Origin: a virus
Lineage: Duplodnaviria; Caudoviricetes
Reading direction: 5' to 3' (one strand)
Virus record (IMG/VR): IMGVR_UViG_3300033143_007105
Coordinates: 1 to 60,796 of that record
Length of the DNA: 60,796 bases
Notes under the pieces: generated by a model
What the model was told of the DNA's origin: nothing
The model's input: the letters and a program-made list of their open reading frames with translations, nothing else
The model's database searches: none
Part shown: piece after piece, positions 37,311 through 46,487 of the stretch
Layout: each line of letters begins with the position of its first letter
Position numbering within the stretch: the stretch's first letter is position 1
Program-made: the position numbers and the translations under genes

Positions 37311-39293
37311 ATGGAGGGTAGTGCAGGTGTAAACCGAAAAGAAGTAGATTTATCTACAAGAATACCAAGCTTTCCTGGAGTTTATGGAGGTATGCCAATA
37401 CCAGCAGTAAAGGGTATTCCTTTTAAACCAAGACTAGTTACAGATGAGAGTGATTTATTAAAATATTTTACTCAGGATGAAAGAATAGAAATTGGATATG
37501 ATAATGCTTATTTTTCAGCTCTTGCTTTTCTCCAAAAGTCAAATAAACTTTGGGTTGTTAGAGCTTGTCTTAATGCACTATATGGTGGTTTAGTAGTAAA
37601 GAGTTCAACATCAAGTTACGATAATTTCTCTCTTCCCGTGGGCATGAGTGATCCCACAGCTTATGTTTTTGATGAATTACCTGATGTTCCAGGAGTTAAG
37701 GAAAAAACAGAAGCTAAACAACCTGCTGGTACTTCGCTTGATGGAAAATATTGGGAGCTTTGGGGTTATAATTCTGGAGAAAAAGAATATTATGTTTGGT
37801 TTAATACTGGATCTTCCACAGAACCAACACATACAGGAACAGGGATTGAAGTAGCAGTTCTTGTTGGAGATACTGCTATTCAAGTTGCAACAAAAGTAAA
37901 AACAGCTATTGATTTAGTTGTTGATTTTGGAGCAACAATAAAAACAGGTGAAGAAGATACTGTAGTTATTGAAAATGCTAAGGTGGGGTTGGTAACTGAT
38001 GCAGTTGATGGAGATGCTGGGGTAACAATTGATGTAATAACTCAAGGTGTCAATCCTATTTCAGACACAGATGATTGTTTATTGATTTATGGTTCCAATC
38101 CTGGAAATCATAATAATGATATTAGACTTAAGATTGTTACATATGAAGATGAGCCTGATATTGTAAAAGAAGAGGATGCTTTTTTGGTTTATGTTTATAA
38201 GAGTGCAAATCTTAATGTTCCAATTGAAGATCCTTGGTTATGTTCAAGGAAACAAAAGAAAGATGGATATGGTAAAAATATTTATGTTGAAGATGTTTTA
38301 GAAGGTTCAAATTATATAAGAGCAATTGATAATGTTCTTATTGATGAAAGTGTCTATCCAAAAACTCAAACAATTGCTCCATTAGCTTTTGTTGGTGGTG
38401 ATGATGGTGATGTTGTAACAGACACAGAAATGATCCTTGCAGCAGAGAAATTAAGCAATGTTGATGATCTCAACCTTACTGTTCTTATGGATGGTGGCTG
38501 GACAACTCCAGCATATCAGAAAGCTTTAGATACAATTGTTAAAACAAGAGGGGATAGTGTAGTATTAGATTCAATTCCTTATTCAGCAGAAGCAAGTAAT
38601 GATTATCTAAATGAAATTGTAGATTACAGAAAAATAACTCTTAATTTGAATTCAAGTTATTCTGCAATTTATACACCACATGCTAAAGTGTATGATAAAT
38701 TTAATAATAGAAATCTTTATGTTTCTCCAGATGGATATGCAGGTGCAGCAATAAGTCTAAGTGCATCAAATTTTGAGATTTGGTATCCTCCTGCTGGATG
38801 GACTAGAGGGAAGATGAATGTACTGGATCTTAGAAGAAGATTTAAGAAGGGTGAGAGGGATATTCTTTATGATGCAGGTATTAATCCAAATAGATTTAAA
38901 CCTGGAAAGGGGATTGCTATTTGGGGACAAAAAAATATGCTTACTAGACCTTCTCTTCTTAATAGATTAAATGTAAGATTGTTAATGTGTGTAATTGGTC
39001 CAGCTAATGAAGCTGCATTAGATGATTATACTTTTGATCTTAATGATAAAGCGTCAAGAAGTCTCGCAACGTCAAAGATTAGAAGTTATATGGATAAAAT
39101 TGTTGCAAAAAGAGGTTGTACTGATTTTAGACCTGTGAGTGATAAAACAAATAATAGTGATGCTGATATTGATGCACATAAAATGAATGTTTGGTTGTTT
39201 GTTAAACCAACTCCTTCACTTGAGGAAATTCCATTTAGTATTATAATCACTTCAACAGGTACATCATTTGAATTAGCAGAACAATTATTGTAA
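37311..39293 (+). CDS. contractile tail sheath protein
   Basis: SAGVNRKEVDLS, LWVVRA, GGDDG, WYPPAGWTRG, LYDAGINP, IWGQK, RLNVRLL, VKPTPSLEEI. Confidence 0.95.
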   Translation: MEGSAGVNRKEVDLSTRIPSFPGVYGGMPIPAVKGIPFKPRLVTDESDLLKYFTQDERIEIGYDNAYFSALAFLQKSNKLWVVRACLNALYGGLVVKSSTSSYDNFSLPVGMSDPTAYVFDELPDVPGVKEKTEAKQPAGTSLDGKYWELWGYNSGEKEYYVWFNTGSSTEPTHTGTGIEVAVLVGDTAIQVATKVKTAIDLVVDFGATIKTGEEDTVVIENAKVGLVTDAVDGDAGVTIDVITQGVNPISDTDDCLLIYGSNPGNHNNDIRLKIVTYEDEPDIVKEEDAFLVYVYKSANLNVPIEDPWLCSRKQKKDGYGKNIYVEDVLEGSNYIRAIDNVLIDESVYPKTQTIAPLAFVGGDDGDVVTDTEMILAAEKLSNVDDLNLTVLMDGGWTTPAYQKALDTIVKTRGDSVVLDSIPYSAEASNDYLNEIVDYRKITLNLNSSYSAIYTPHAKVYDKFNNRNLYVSPDGYAGAAISLSASNFEIWYPPAGWTRGKMNVLDLRRRFKKGERDILYDAGINPNRFKPGKGIAIWGQKNMLTRPSLLNRLNVRLLMCVIGPANEAALDDYTFDLNDKASRSLATSKIRSYMDKIVAKRGCTDFRPVSDKTNNSDADIDAHKMNVWLFVKPTPSLEEIPFSIIITSTGTSFELAEQLL

Positions 39294-39325
39294 ATTAAAC
39301 TATTAATAGATAGAGAGGGTATAAA

Positions 39326-39850
39326 ATGGCAAGACCAACAATGGATAATGTAAGAACCCTTCCAAATAAAACTCAACTTTTTAGATGGAAGTTATATTTT
39401 TCAAAATTTCCAACCGCAGTAGGGGGATTTAATTCTGATGATTTGGATTTACGCTGTGAATCAACAACTCTTCCAAAGAAAACTTCTGAAATTGTAGAAA
39501 CTGTAATAAGAGGGCATACAGTAAGGGAAAATGGAAGAATGACAGTTGAAGGAACTTTAACTTTAAATTTTATAGAAGCTGTTGATTATCTTGCGAGTCA
39601 ATTTATTGACCAATGGCAAAAAGCTTGTTGGGAATTTAAAACAGGCAAAAGTAAAAACAAGGAAGAGATTGAAGCTGAACTTAAACTTCATCTTTTGGAT
39701 AATCAAGATGAGCCTGTATGGGAATATGATATTGTTGGAGTTATTTTTCAAGATGAAGATCCAGGTGGTTCTCCTGATGGAGCTACTTCTGATCCATTGA
39801 AACCTGTATTAACACTTGCATATGATGATTTTGATAAAAGAAAAATTTAA
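39326..39850 (+). CDS. tail tube protein
   Basis: Follows the sheath; RWKLYF, RCESTTLP, GTLTLNF, LTLAYD. Confidence 0.8.
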   Translation: MARPTMDNVRTLPNKTQLFRWKLYFSKFPTAVGGFNSDDLDLRCESTTLPKKTSEIVETVIRGHTVRENGRMTVEGTLTLNFIEAVDYLASQFIDQWQKACWEFKTGKSKNKEEIEAELKLHLLDNQDEPVWEYDIVGVIFQDEDPGGSPDGATSDPLKPVLTLAYDDFDKRKI

Positions 39851-39949
39851 AGAATAGTACATATCTTAAAGGGAAAAAAGAAAAATAAGATAAATTCATT
39901 TCATTTCACTTTCCCTTTTTTATTAAAATATTTATAAGAAGAGATAATA

Positions 39950-40483
39950 ATGCCTGGTTTAAAAGATATTAATCAAATTAGAGCTGTAAATTTTGGCCGG
40001 GGATATCTTTGGGATATATTTTTTGAGAATATTGATGATCCAAACCATCCAAAATTACCTGATCCTTGGAATGAATGGCTCCCTGCTAATGATATTGAAG
40101 AGGGGGTAGCTAATCTTACCCATTACAAGTTTAATACATTCCTGAGTACATTTAGTATCCCACAGAGTACAAATATTAAAGAGTTAAAGATGACTTTTGT
40201 TGATGATGCTGCATATACTCTTTTTTCTTTCTTTGACCAGTGGATAAACAAAACTATTTTAAACAATGAACAATATGTTTCCACTTTATCAGAATGTATT
40301 AAAATGATTCATATTCATAAATTAAACAAACAAAAAGAAGTAACTATTACTTCTTCATATTGGGTTGTTCCAGAAGGTGATCTTACATTTCATGGTTCCA
40401 GTGCATCAGATCCTCATAATTATTCAATATCATTAGTAATAGTTGGAACAGTTGAAAAAAATGAAGGTTTAAATTTATTATAA
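39950..40483 (+). CDS. second tube-like protein (tube initiator, gp54/gp48-like)
   Basis: YLWDIFF, LKMTFVDD, FFDQWIN; tube-fold pattern. Confidence 0.55.
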   Translation: MPGLKDINQIRAVNFGRGYLWDIFFENIDDPNHPKLPDPWNEWLPANDIEEGVANLTHYKFNTFLSTFSIPQSTNIKELKMTFVDDAAYTLFSFFDQWINKTILNNEQYVSTLSECIKMIHIHKLNKQKEVTITSSYWVVPEGDLTFHGSSASDPHNYSISLVIVGTVEKNEGLNLL

Positions 40484-40504
40484 AAAAGAAAGGAAAGTAA
40501 AACA

Positions 40505-41341
40505 ATGGCAAAATTCATTCCCAAATCAAAAGGAGATAATAATACTAGTAACAATGTTAGTGATAATAAGCATTTACCAGAAACTAATATTGAAGTAAAA
40601 GCTTTACCATCAAAATCTATTCCTTATCCAAAAGATTGTGTGATTAAACATAGACCTTATACTTTTGGAGAAATTAAAACAATTGCTCAATCAAAATTAA
40701 ATGTTAAAGATAAATTTGATAGAGTTCTCAAAGGAATAGATACAAGTTTTGATAAATTAGATTTAACTGTTCCTGATCTAATTTATCTTGCTTTTTTAAG
40801 GAAGATTTCAACTTTTGGTGTAACTGATCTAAAAATCTCAACTAAATGTCCTGTATGCAATGGTAATGTTGATTTTAAGATATCATTAGAAGATTTTGAT
40901 TTTAATGAATTAAAAGCTCCTAAACTTCCTGTTATTGTACCAATAAAAAATGAAGATTACATGTTCAAACCTATTTCAATTGGAAAGTATTTTCAGCTCT
41001 TAGACAAGAAAAAAGAAGATGATGAAATTGCACTTATGGCAATGTGTTGTATTAGTAAAAAGTTTGAAGATGCTTATGATTACTTTTATAATGCTGTTCC
41101 AGGTGAGGTTATTGTTTTGCAGGAAGTTGATAAATATCTGGATCATGGCCTAAAACCTATTGAAGAAATAGCTGATCCAAAAGATTCAAAGAAGAGGATT
41201 AAACTTAGGTGTCAAAATAAAGTTAAAGGTAAATTATGTAATACAAAGTTATCAGTTGAGCTTGATGGAGGTCAAGCTCTTATGCTTCCTTTTCGCAAAC
41301 ATAGGGAATCTTCTGGATATGGAATTCGTTTTGGCAATTAA
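40505..41341 (+). CDS. baseplate hub/tail assembly chaperone (T4 gp26-like)
   Basis: LPSKSIPY, RPYTFGE, DLIYLAFLRKIS, CPVC. Confidence 0.65.
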   Translation: MAKFIPKSKGDNNTSNNVSDNKHLPETNIEVKALPSKSIPYPKDCVIKHRPYTFGEIKTIAQSKLNVKDKFDRVLKGIDTSFDKLDLTVPDLIYLAFLRKISTFGVTDLKISTKCPVCNGNVDFKISLEDFDFNELKAPKLPVIVPIKNEDYMFKPISIGKYFQLLDKKKEDDEIALMAMCCISKKFEDAYDYFYNAVPGEVIVLQEVDKYLDHGLKPIEEIADPKDSKKRIKLRCQNKVKGKLCNTKLSVELDGGQALMLPFRKHRESSGYGIRFGN

Positions 41342-41438
41342 GAATATAGTTAATATCCATGATATCAATTATATTGATTATGCCGAGATTAAACATCAAT
41401 ATGATGAATTGGTGAAATTTATGAAAGGTAAAAAATAG
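41256..41438 (+). CDS. small tail assembly protein (gp51/GT-like position)
   Basis: Overlaps the chaperone 3' end in the +1 frame; stop overlaps the tape measure start. Confidence 0.45.
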   Translation: MSLMEVKLLCFLFANIGNLLDMEFVLAIKNIVNIHDINYIDYAEIKHQYDELVKFMKGKK

Positions 41439-43756
41439 TGGCAATAGAATTATCAAAGACAAAATCTTTAATTGGGAAAATAAAGGGTACTTTTTCAAGT
41501 AAAGAAGAAACTCCGGAGGAATTAGATATAAGAAGAACTATGATAAAAATTGGTGCTCAACAAGCTACTACAACTAATATCCTCATGGAAAATATTGATG
41601 AAATTCAAAATCTTGCTAATGAAGGGGATCAAAGAGCTGCTAGTTTAGTTGAGTTATTACATAGTGATGAAGCAAAAAGAGCAAAAGAAATCCAGGACCA
41701 GATTAATCAAGGAAAAGAGGTAAATCAAGAACAAGCAAAATTCCTAATTGATTTCCTGGAGAAATCCACTTCTGCTACAAAAGGATTGGAATTAAAATTA
41801 GATGCCAGGTTATCTACTGTTGCTACTCACATATCTGATCTTGTTATGAATGAAAATCTTGGTAGAGAAGATAGAAGGAAAATGTTGAATGAACTTGTCA
41901 CTATTTCCAAGGAAACTCATGATACTGCTGAAGCTACAAAAGAAGGTACAGGTTTAAGTCAAGAAACATTAGAAGCTCTTGATAAAATTGAAGAAATTAA
42001 TAAAAAAGAAGGTAATTTTACCAGGGATGAATTAAATGAACTTCAAGGATATATGGAAAAAGTAGCTGATCCTGTTTCAAAGGCAAAACTTAGAGGTACA
42101 CTTGATGAATTAGAAAATCGAATGGAATCAAGTATTATTACTGATAGAAATTTGAATGAATCCCTTGAAGAACAAATGGAGTCAGGATTATCTTTAAAAG
42201 ATCAATTTTCTAAAATGGGACTTGGTGAAGCTGGTAGGACAGTAAAAGGTGGATTGATTGATATGCTTGCAGGACAAGTTGGTCTTGGTGGAATGGGTAT
42301 TGGGGCGGCACTTACTCCGTTATTGGATAAGGGATTAGATAAATTTAAGAGTGGTATAAGTACAGCCATGGGTTTTGCTTTAACAGGTTCAAAGAAACTT
42401 TTAACAAAATTAACTGGAGGTATTAGTTCTCTTGTTAAAAATATGGGTGCTGAGATGTTATCCAAGACTAGCTCAGTTTTGGGAAAAGTTGGAAAAATGA
42501 CAATGACAGGATTATCATCAATAGTAGGAGGAGTTTCAAAATTAGCATCAAAAGCGTTTTTGGCAATATCATCCGGGTTATCATCTGTAATAGCAAAAAT
42601 AGGAGCTATGGGATTAGCGCAAAAAGCACAAGCGGCATGGACAGGAGTTGTTACAGCAGCGCAATGGTTGTGGAATGCTGCAATGACAGCTAATCCAATT
42701 GGGTTAATTGTTACTGCTGTTGGCGCATTAATAGCAGCCGGAGTTCTTCTTTATAAAAATTGGGATAAGGTATCTGCTGCATTAGAGGTTGGTTGGGAGT
42801 GGATGAAGAAAATAGGTACAATAATATGGGACAATTTGATTGGCGCATTTACAAAAGTATGGGAATGGATCAAGGTTATATCAGATAAACTAGGTAATTG
42901 GAAAATACTTATTGGTGTATTAATGGGACCAATAGGTTGGTTGGTTACGGCTGGAGTTCTTCTTTATAAAAATTGGAATAAAGTAATTGGTGTATTTGAA
43001 AATCTATGGGAGTGGGTGAAGAAAATAACAACAATAGGTTGGGAATCTATTACGTCTCTTCCTGAGAAGATTATAGAAGGAGTATCTGGTTTATTTGGAG
43101 GAATTAATGAATGGTTGGAAAAATATTTGGGTGAATTTTGGACTGGAATAAAAGCAGCTTTTTCTACTATATTTGATTATTCAATTTTAGGAGCAATTTT
43201 TGATCCTTCTGCATTTTGGGATAGGATAAAAACATTACCTGGAAAAATTCTTGATGGGATAACTGGTTTGTTTACTGGTATTTCAGAATTTTTATTTGGT
43301 GAAGAAGGTATGCTTTCATTGAAAAACCTTAAAAAAGCTGCAAAAATAATCTTAAAATCTATTCCTGGTATTGGAAAAATTTTCAGTTTCTTTGGAGGGG
43401 ATGAAGAGGAAACTAAAACAGCGAAAAAAATAAAAGAGAAGAGTGAAACTTTATTGCCAAGTACTTTCACATCCACAGTTCCAAAAGAAATAACTGAAAT
43501 TCCTACTAAAATAGAAAAAGTATCTGCAAAAGAAATAACTGAAACCCCTGCTAAAATATCTCAGGAAGGGAAAACTTTAGCTTTAGAAGAAAGTAAATTA
43601 ATGAAAGCTGCTGCTGCAAAAACAATGGAAGAAAAAGGACCGGAAAAACCAATCATTGTAATTCCAGAAACAAAAGAAACAGCAGCTCCGAATAGAAATC
43701 CACAAATTGATGATTATGGAATTGCTTTTATGAATTCAATGTCAATGGGAGTCTAA
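41438..43756 (+). CDS. tape measure protein
   Basis: AQWLWNAAMTANPIGLIVTAVGALIAAGVLLYKNWDKV and 11-residue W/F periodicity. Confidence 0.88.
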   Translation: MAIELSKTKSLIGKIKGTFSSKEETPEELDIRRTMIKIGAQQATTTNILMENIDEIQNLANEGDQRAASLVELLHSDEAKRAKEIQDQINQGKEVNQEQAKFLIDFLEKSTSATKGLELKLDARLSTVATHISDLVMNENLGREDRRKMLNELVTISKETHDTAEATKEGTGLSQETLEALDKIEEINKKEGNFTRDELNELQGYMEKVADPVSKAKLRGTLDELENRMESSIITDRNLNESLEEQMESGLSLKDQFSKMGLGEAGRTVKGGLIDMLAGQVGLGGMGIGAALTPLLDKGLDKFKSGISTAMGFALTGSKKLLTKLTGGISSLVKNMGAEMLSKTSSVLGKVGKMTMTGLSSIVGGVSKLASKAFLAISSGLSSVIAKIGAMGLAQKAQAAWTGVVTAAQWLWNAAMTANPIGLIVTAVGALIAAGVLLYKNWDKVSAALEVGWEWMKKIGTIIWDNLIGAFTKVWEWIKVISDKLGNWKILIGVLMGPIGWLVTAGVLLYKNWNKVIGVFENLWEWVKKITTIGWESITSLPEKIIEGVSGLFGGINEWLEKYLGEFWTGIKAAFSTIFDYSILGAIFDPSAFWDRIKTLPGKILDGITGLFTGISEFLFGEEGMLSLKNLKKAAKIILKSIPGIGKIFSFFGGDEEETKTAKKIKEKSETLLPSTFTSTVPKEITEIPTKIEKVSAKEITETPAKISQEGKTLALEESKLMKAAAAKTMEEKGPEKPIIVIPETKETAAPNRNPQIDDYGIAFMNSMSMGV

Positions 43757-43759
43757 AGA

Positions 43760-44485
43760 ATGTCTGTAAACGCAAGATTAGATATTGAAAAATTAGCAAA
43801 TAATCCTAATGCTTTAATGGTAATTGCAGGATTAGCAGGGGGAAAACCATTAAAGGCATTTATCCAAAGTGAAATTACTATATCTGGAGGTAATGAATAT
43901 AATTCTCCATTTGAATCAGAGAGACAAAGCAGTTTAAGTACATTGTTTACTAAAATTCAAACAGCAGCAGGCAAATGGTTTGATATGGGTCAATTTAATC
44001 TTAAATCTTTTGCTCAAACAGCAATGTCCTGGACAAGCAGCCAAAAACCAACATTCAATATGAATATGACTTTTGTTGCATTAAATCCTGAAGATGATGT
44101 GACAAAAGATGTAGAAACTATAATGAGTGCTGTTTATCCAGGAGAAGCTAGAGGAGAGGTGGATATACCTATAGCTGGAAAATTTAGTGCAGGTATTATG
44201 AAAGCTCCTCTTGGTTATGGTTTTGGCATGGATATTAGAACAGGTAAATTAACAAAAGTTAGAGGAACATTAGCAATTGGAGTTGGTAAATGGTTCAGGG
44301 CAAGACAACAAATAATAAGAACGGCAAATTTTACATTTTCAAAAGAGGTAATTGGATCAGGGAAACCTTTATTTGCTTCTGGAAGTATTTCATTTGAACC
44401 TTTTAGAGCAATAACATATTGGGAATTAAAACAGTATTTTAGACTTCATGCAGGTTCTCCACTTGAAAAATCTTTAGGATATTAA
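43760..44485 (+). CDS. baseplate/tube-initiator protein
   Basis: Position after tape measure; WTSSQKPTFNMNMTF. Confidence 0.5.
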   Translation: MSVNARLDIEKLANNPNALMVIAGLAGGKPLKAFIQSEITISGGNEYNSPFESERQSSLSTLFTKIQTAAGKWFDMGQFNLKSFAQTAMSWTSSQKPTFNMNMTFVALNPEDDVTKDVETIMSAVYPGEARGEVDIPIAGKFSAGIMKAPLGYGFGMDIRTGKLTKVRGTLAIGVGKWFRARQQIIRTANFTFSKEVIGSGKPLFASGSISFEPFRAITYWELKQYFRLHAGSPLEKSLGY

Positions 44486-44833
44486 ATGAGTCAATTTTTT
44501 ATAAATTTAGATTTAGAGACTGAAAAAAGATTTGATATGTCTAAATTTTTGGAATTTACTGATAATTATGATTCTTTAACTTCAAAATTTTTACTTGATC
44601 TTAAAAAACTAAAACCGATATTTACTTTTGTTATTACTCATGAAGAGAAAAAACCTGATCTAATTAGTCAATTAATTTATGGAGATACTCAATATTGGTG
44701 GATTATTTTATATTATAATGACATTACTGAAATTGATGAATTGGTATCTGGGAAAATTCTCCAATATCCAAGTTTAGAGGATTTGGAAGATTTGTATTTT
44801 TCACTAAGATCCGAAGAGGTAGCTACAGAATAA
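44486..44833 (+). CDS. baseplate wedge protein (T4 gp53-like, LysM-like)
   Basis: KPDLISQLIYGDTQYWWIILYYN...G..L.YP. Confidence 0.8.
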   Translation: MSQFFINLDLETEKRFDMSKFLEFTDNYDSLTSKFLLDLKKLKPIFTFVITHEEKKPDLISQLIYGDTQYWWIILYYNDITEIDELVSGKILQYPSLEDLEDLYFSLRSEEVATE

Positions 44834-45966
44834 TGATTGGATTAGAAAATCAATATTTATTTAAGTTTAGTATTGCAGACAAACATGATTTTATTCAAGA
44901 AGGTGATTTAACTCTTTTTAAGATTGTTGAAGAAGCTGGAAATACATTACCAAAATTTGAACTCATCTTCTCCACTCAAGATGAAAAGGTTTTTGGTTGT
45001 CTAAATGAAGGAAATGTTCTTAAAATATCTTATGGTAAAGATAAAAATGATTTAATAGATAGTTCATTAATAATTGCAAGTAGTAATGGAGCTAGAAGTG
45101 GTCAAAAGAAAAGGCAAATAAGGTTAGTTGGGTTGTTAGCAAAAACAGGTTATATTTCTGATACCAAAAAGAAGATTACAGATAAGATCTCAGGAATAGA
45201 AGCTCTGAAAGAAACTGTTGAACCTTATTTTAAAACTGATTTCAATATAGAAAAATCTAATGATTCTCAGTATTGGATACAACCAAACACTACAGATAAA
45301 ATGTTTGTAAATGATTGTTGGTTACATAGCAATCTAAATAAATCTTTTCCTGTTTGTGGAATTACAATGGATGGTATATTTATTCTAAAGGATCTCAAAA
45401 AGGATTTAAAGAATAAATTTAAATGGAGATTCATTTCTACTCCGTCAGCTTCCAATGACATTAGATATGATGAAGATTTCGGTATTGATATAAATTCAGG
45501 TTTTCTAAACAATCTTATTGGTTATGGGAGGGAAAAATTAATTTATAATTTTGAGGAAGGTACAGAAGAATATAAAGTAGAAGAAATGACTTCTATTCTT
45601 GCTCTTACAAAGAAATTGGGGAGAAGAAAAGATGCAATAAATAGATTTTCCTCAATTGGTATACATAATGAGAATAAGCATGAAAATTATGAAAATACTT
45701 ATCTTAAAAACCTAACACATCTTGCCATGTTTGGTAGTTTAAAAATTTCAGTATCATTCCAGAATAATTTTGTTCCAATAAAAATATTGGATTCTGTAAT
45801 GTTTAAAGATGATGATGTTAATGAGAACAATAATGCTTCTTCTGAATATCATTCAGGATTATATTATGTTGGATTGGTGGCAAGAATACTACAACATAAA
45901 CAATTTGTAACTACAGTCCATTTAGGTAGAGAATCTTTGAATCAATTAAAAGGAGATTTAAAATAA
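44833..45966 (+). CDS. baseplate hub protein (gp27-like)
   Basis: Position and size; WIQPNTTD, SGLYYV. Confidence 0.6.
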   Translation: MIGLENQYLFKFSIADKHDFIQEGDLTLFKIVEEAGNTLPKFELIFSTQDEKVFGCLNEGNVLKISYGKDKNDLIDSSLIIASSNGARSGQKKRQIRLVGLLAKTGYISDTKKKITDKISGIEALKETVEPYFKTDFNIEKSNDSQYWIQPNTTDKMFVNDCWLHSNLNKSFPVCGITMDGIFILKDLKKDLKNKFKWRFISTPSASNDIRYDEDFGIDINSGFLNNLIGYGREKLIYNFEEGTEEYKVEEMTSILALTKKLGRRKDAINRFSSIGIHNENKHENYENTYLKNLTHLAMFGSLKISVSFQNNFVPIKILDSVMFKDDDVNENNNASSEYHSGLYYVGLVARILQHKQFVTTVHLGRESLNQLKGDLK

Positions 45967-45967
45967 T

Positions 45968-46462
45968 ATGATTACTTCAAATGAGATGTTAATTTTTTTG
46001 AATGAAGGTAAAAATATAGCTAAAATTATTATCCATAAATTTTTATTTAATACACAATTACCGGAGGCTAATTTTTTAAGGAAAGTAGTTCATGAAGAGA
46101 TATTGAAAGGAAAAATAGATCAATCTTTTATAAAGAAGAATAGGATTGCTAAAATATCTTTTGTTGATGAAAATTTAGATAAATATATAGAAGATACTTA
46201 TAATATTAATATTAATGATTTAAAAAAAGATATAATAAAAATTTATGAAAAAAACCAAAAAAAATTAAAAAAAGAATTTCCTGAAAAAATAAAACTGTAC
46301 AGAGGATCTCAAAGTAAAATTGATGATACAATATCTTTTTGGACAACAAAAGAATCTGTTGCTAAAACTTTTGGTGGTATAGTAAGTATGATACTTACTT
46401 GTTATAAAATTAATAAAGAGATGGTAAAAGAACATGAAGAATATTTGGTTATATCTAAATAA
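45968..46462 (+). CDS. ADP-ribosyltransferase-like cargo protein (class-B leader)
   Basis: MITSNEMLIFLNE; KLYRG, SFWTT..SVA..F, EHEEYLV (R-S-E type motifs). Confidence 0.6.
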   Translation: MITSNEMLIFLNEGKNIAKIIIHKFLFNTQLPEANFLRKVVHEEILKGKIDQSFIKKNRIAKISFVDENLDKYIEDTYNININDLKKDIIKIYEKNQKKLKKEFPEKIKLYRGSQSKIDDTISFWTTKESVAKTFGGIVSMILTCYKINKEMVKEHEEYLVISK

Positions 46463-46487
46463 ATAGGAGTATCTTATTTTTATAAAA

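Noticed and set aside
39868-39921. Terminator after the tube gene (AAAGGGAAA...TTTCCCTTTTTT)
   Set aside because: The arms are separated by a long, imperfectly paired region; plausible but too weak to call
17905-46010. Leaders as Sec/Tat/lipoprotein signal peptides
   Set aside because: No hydrophobic core, twin-arginine motif or lipobox; they are charged amphipathic segments ending in Glu
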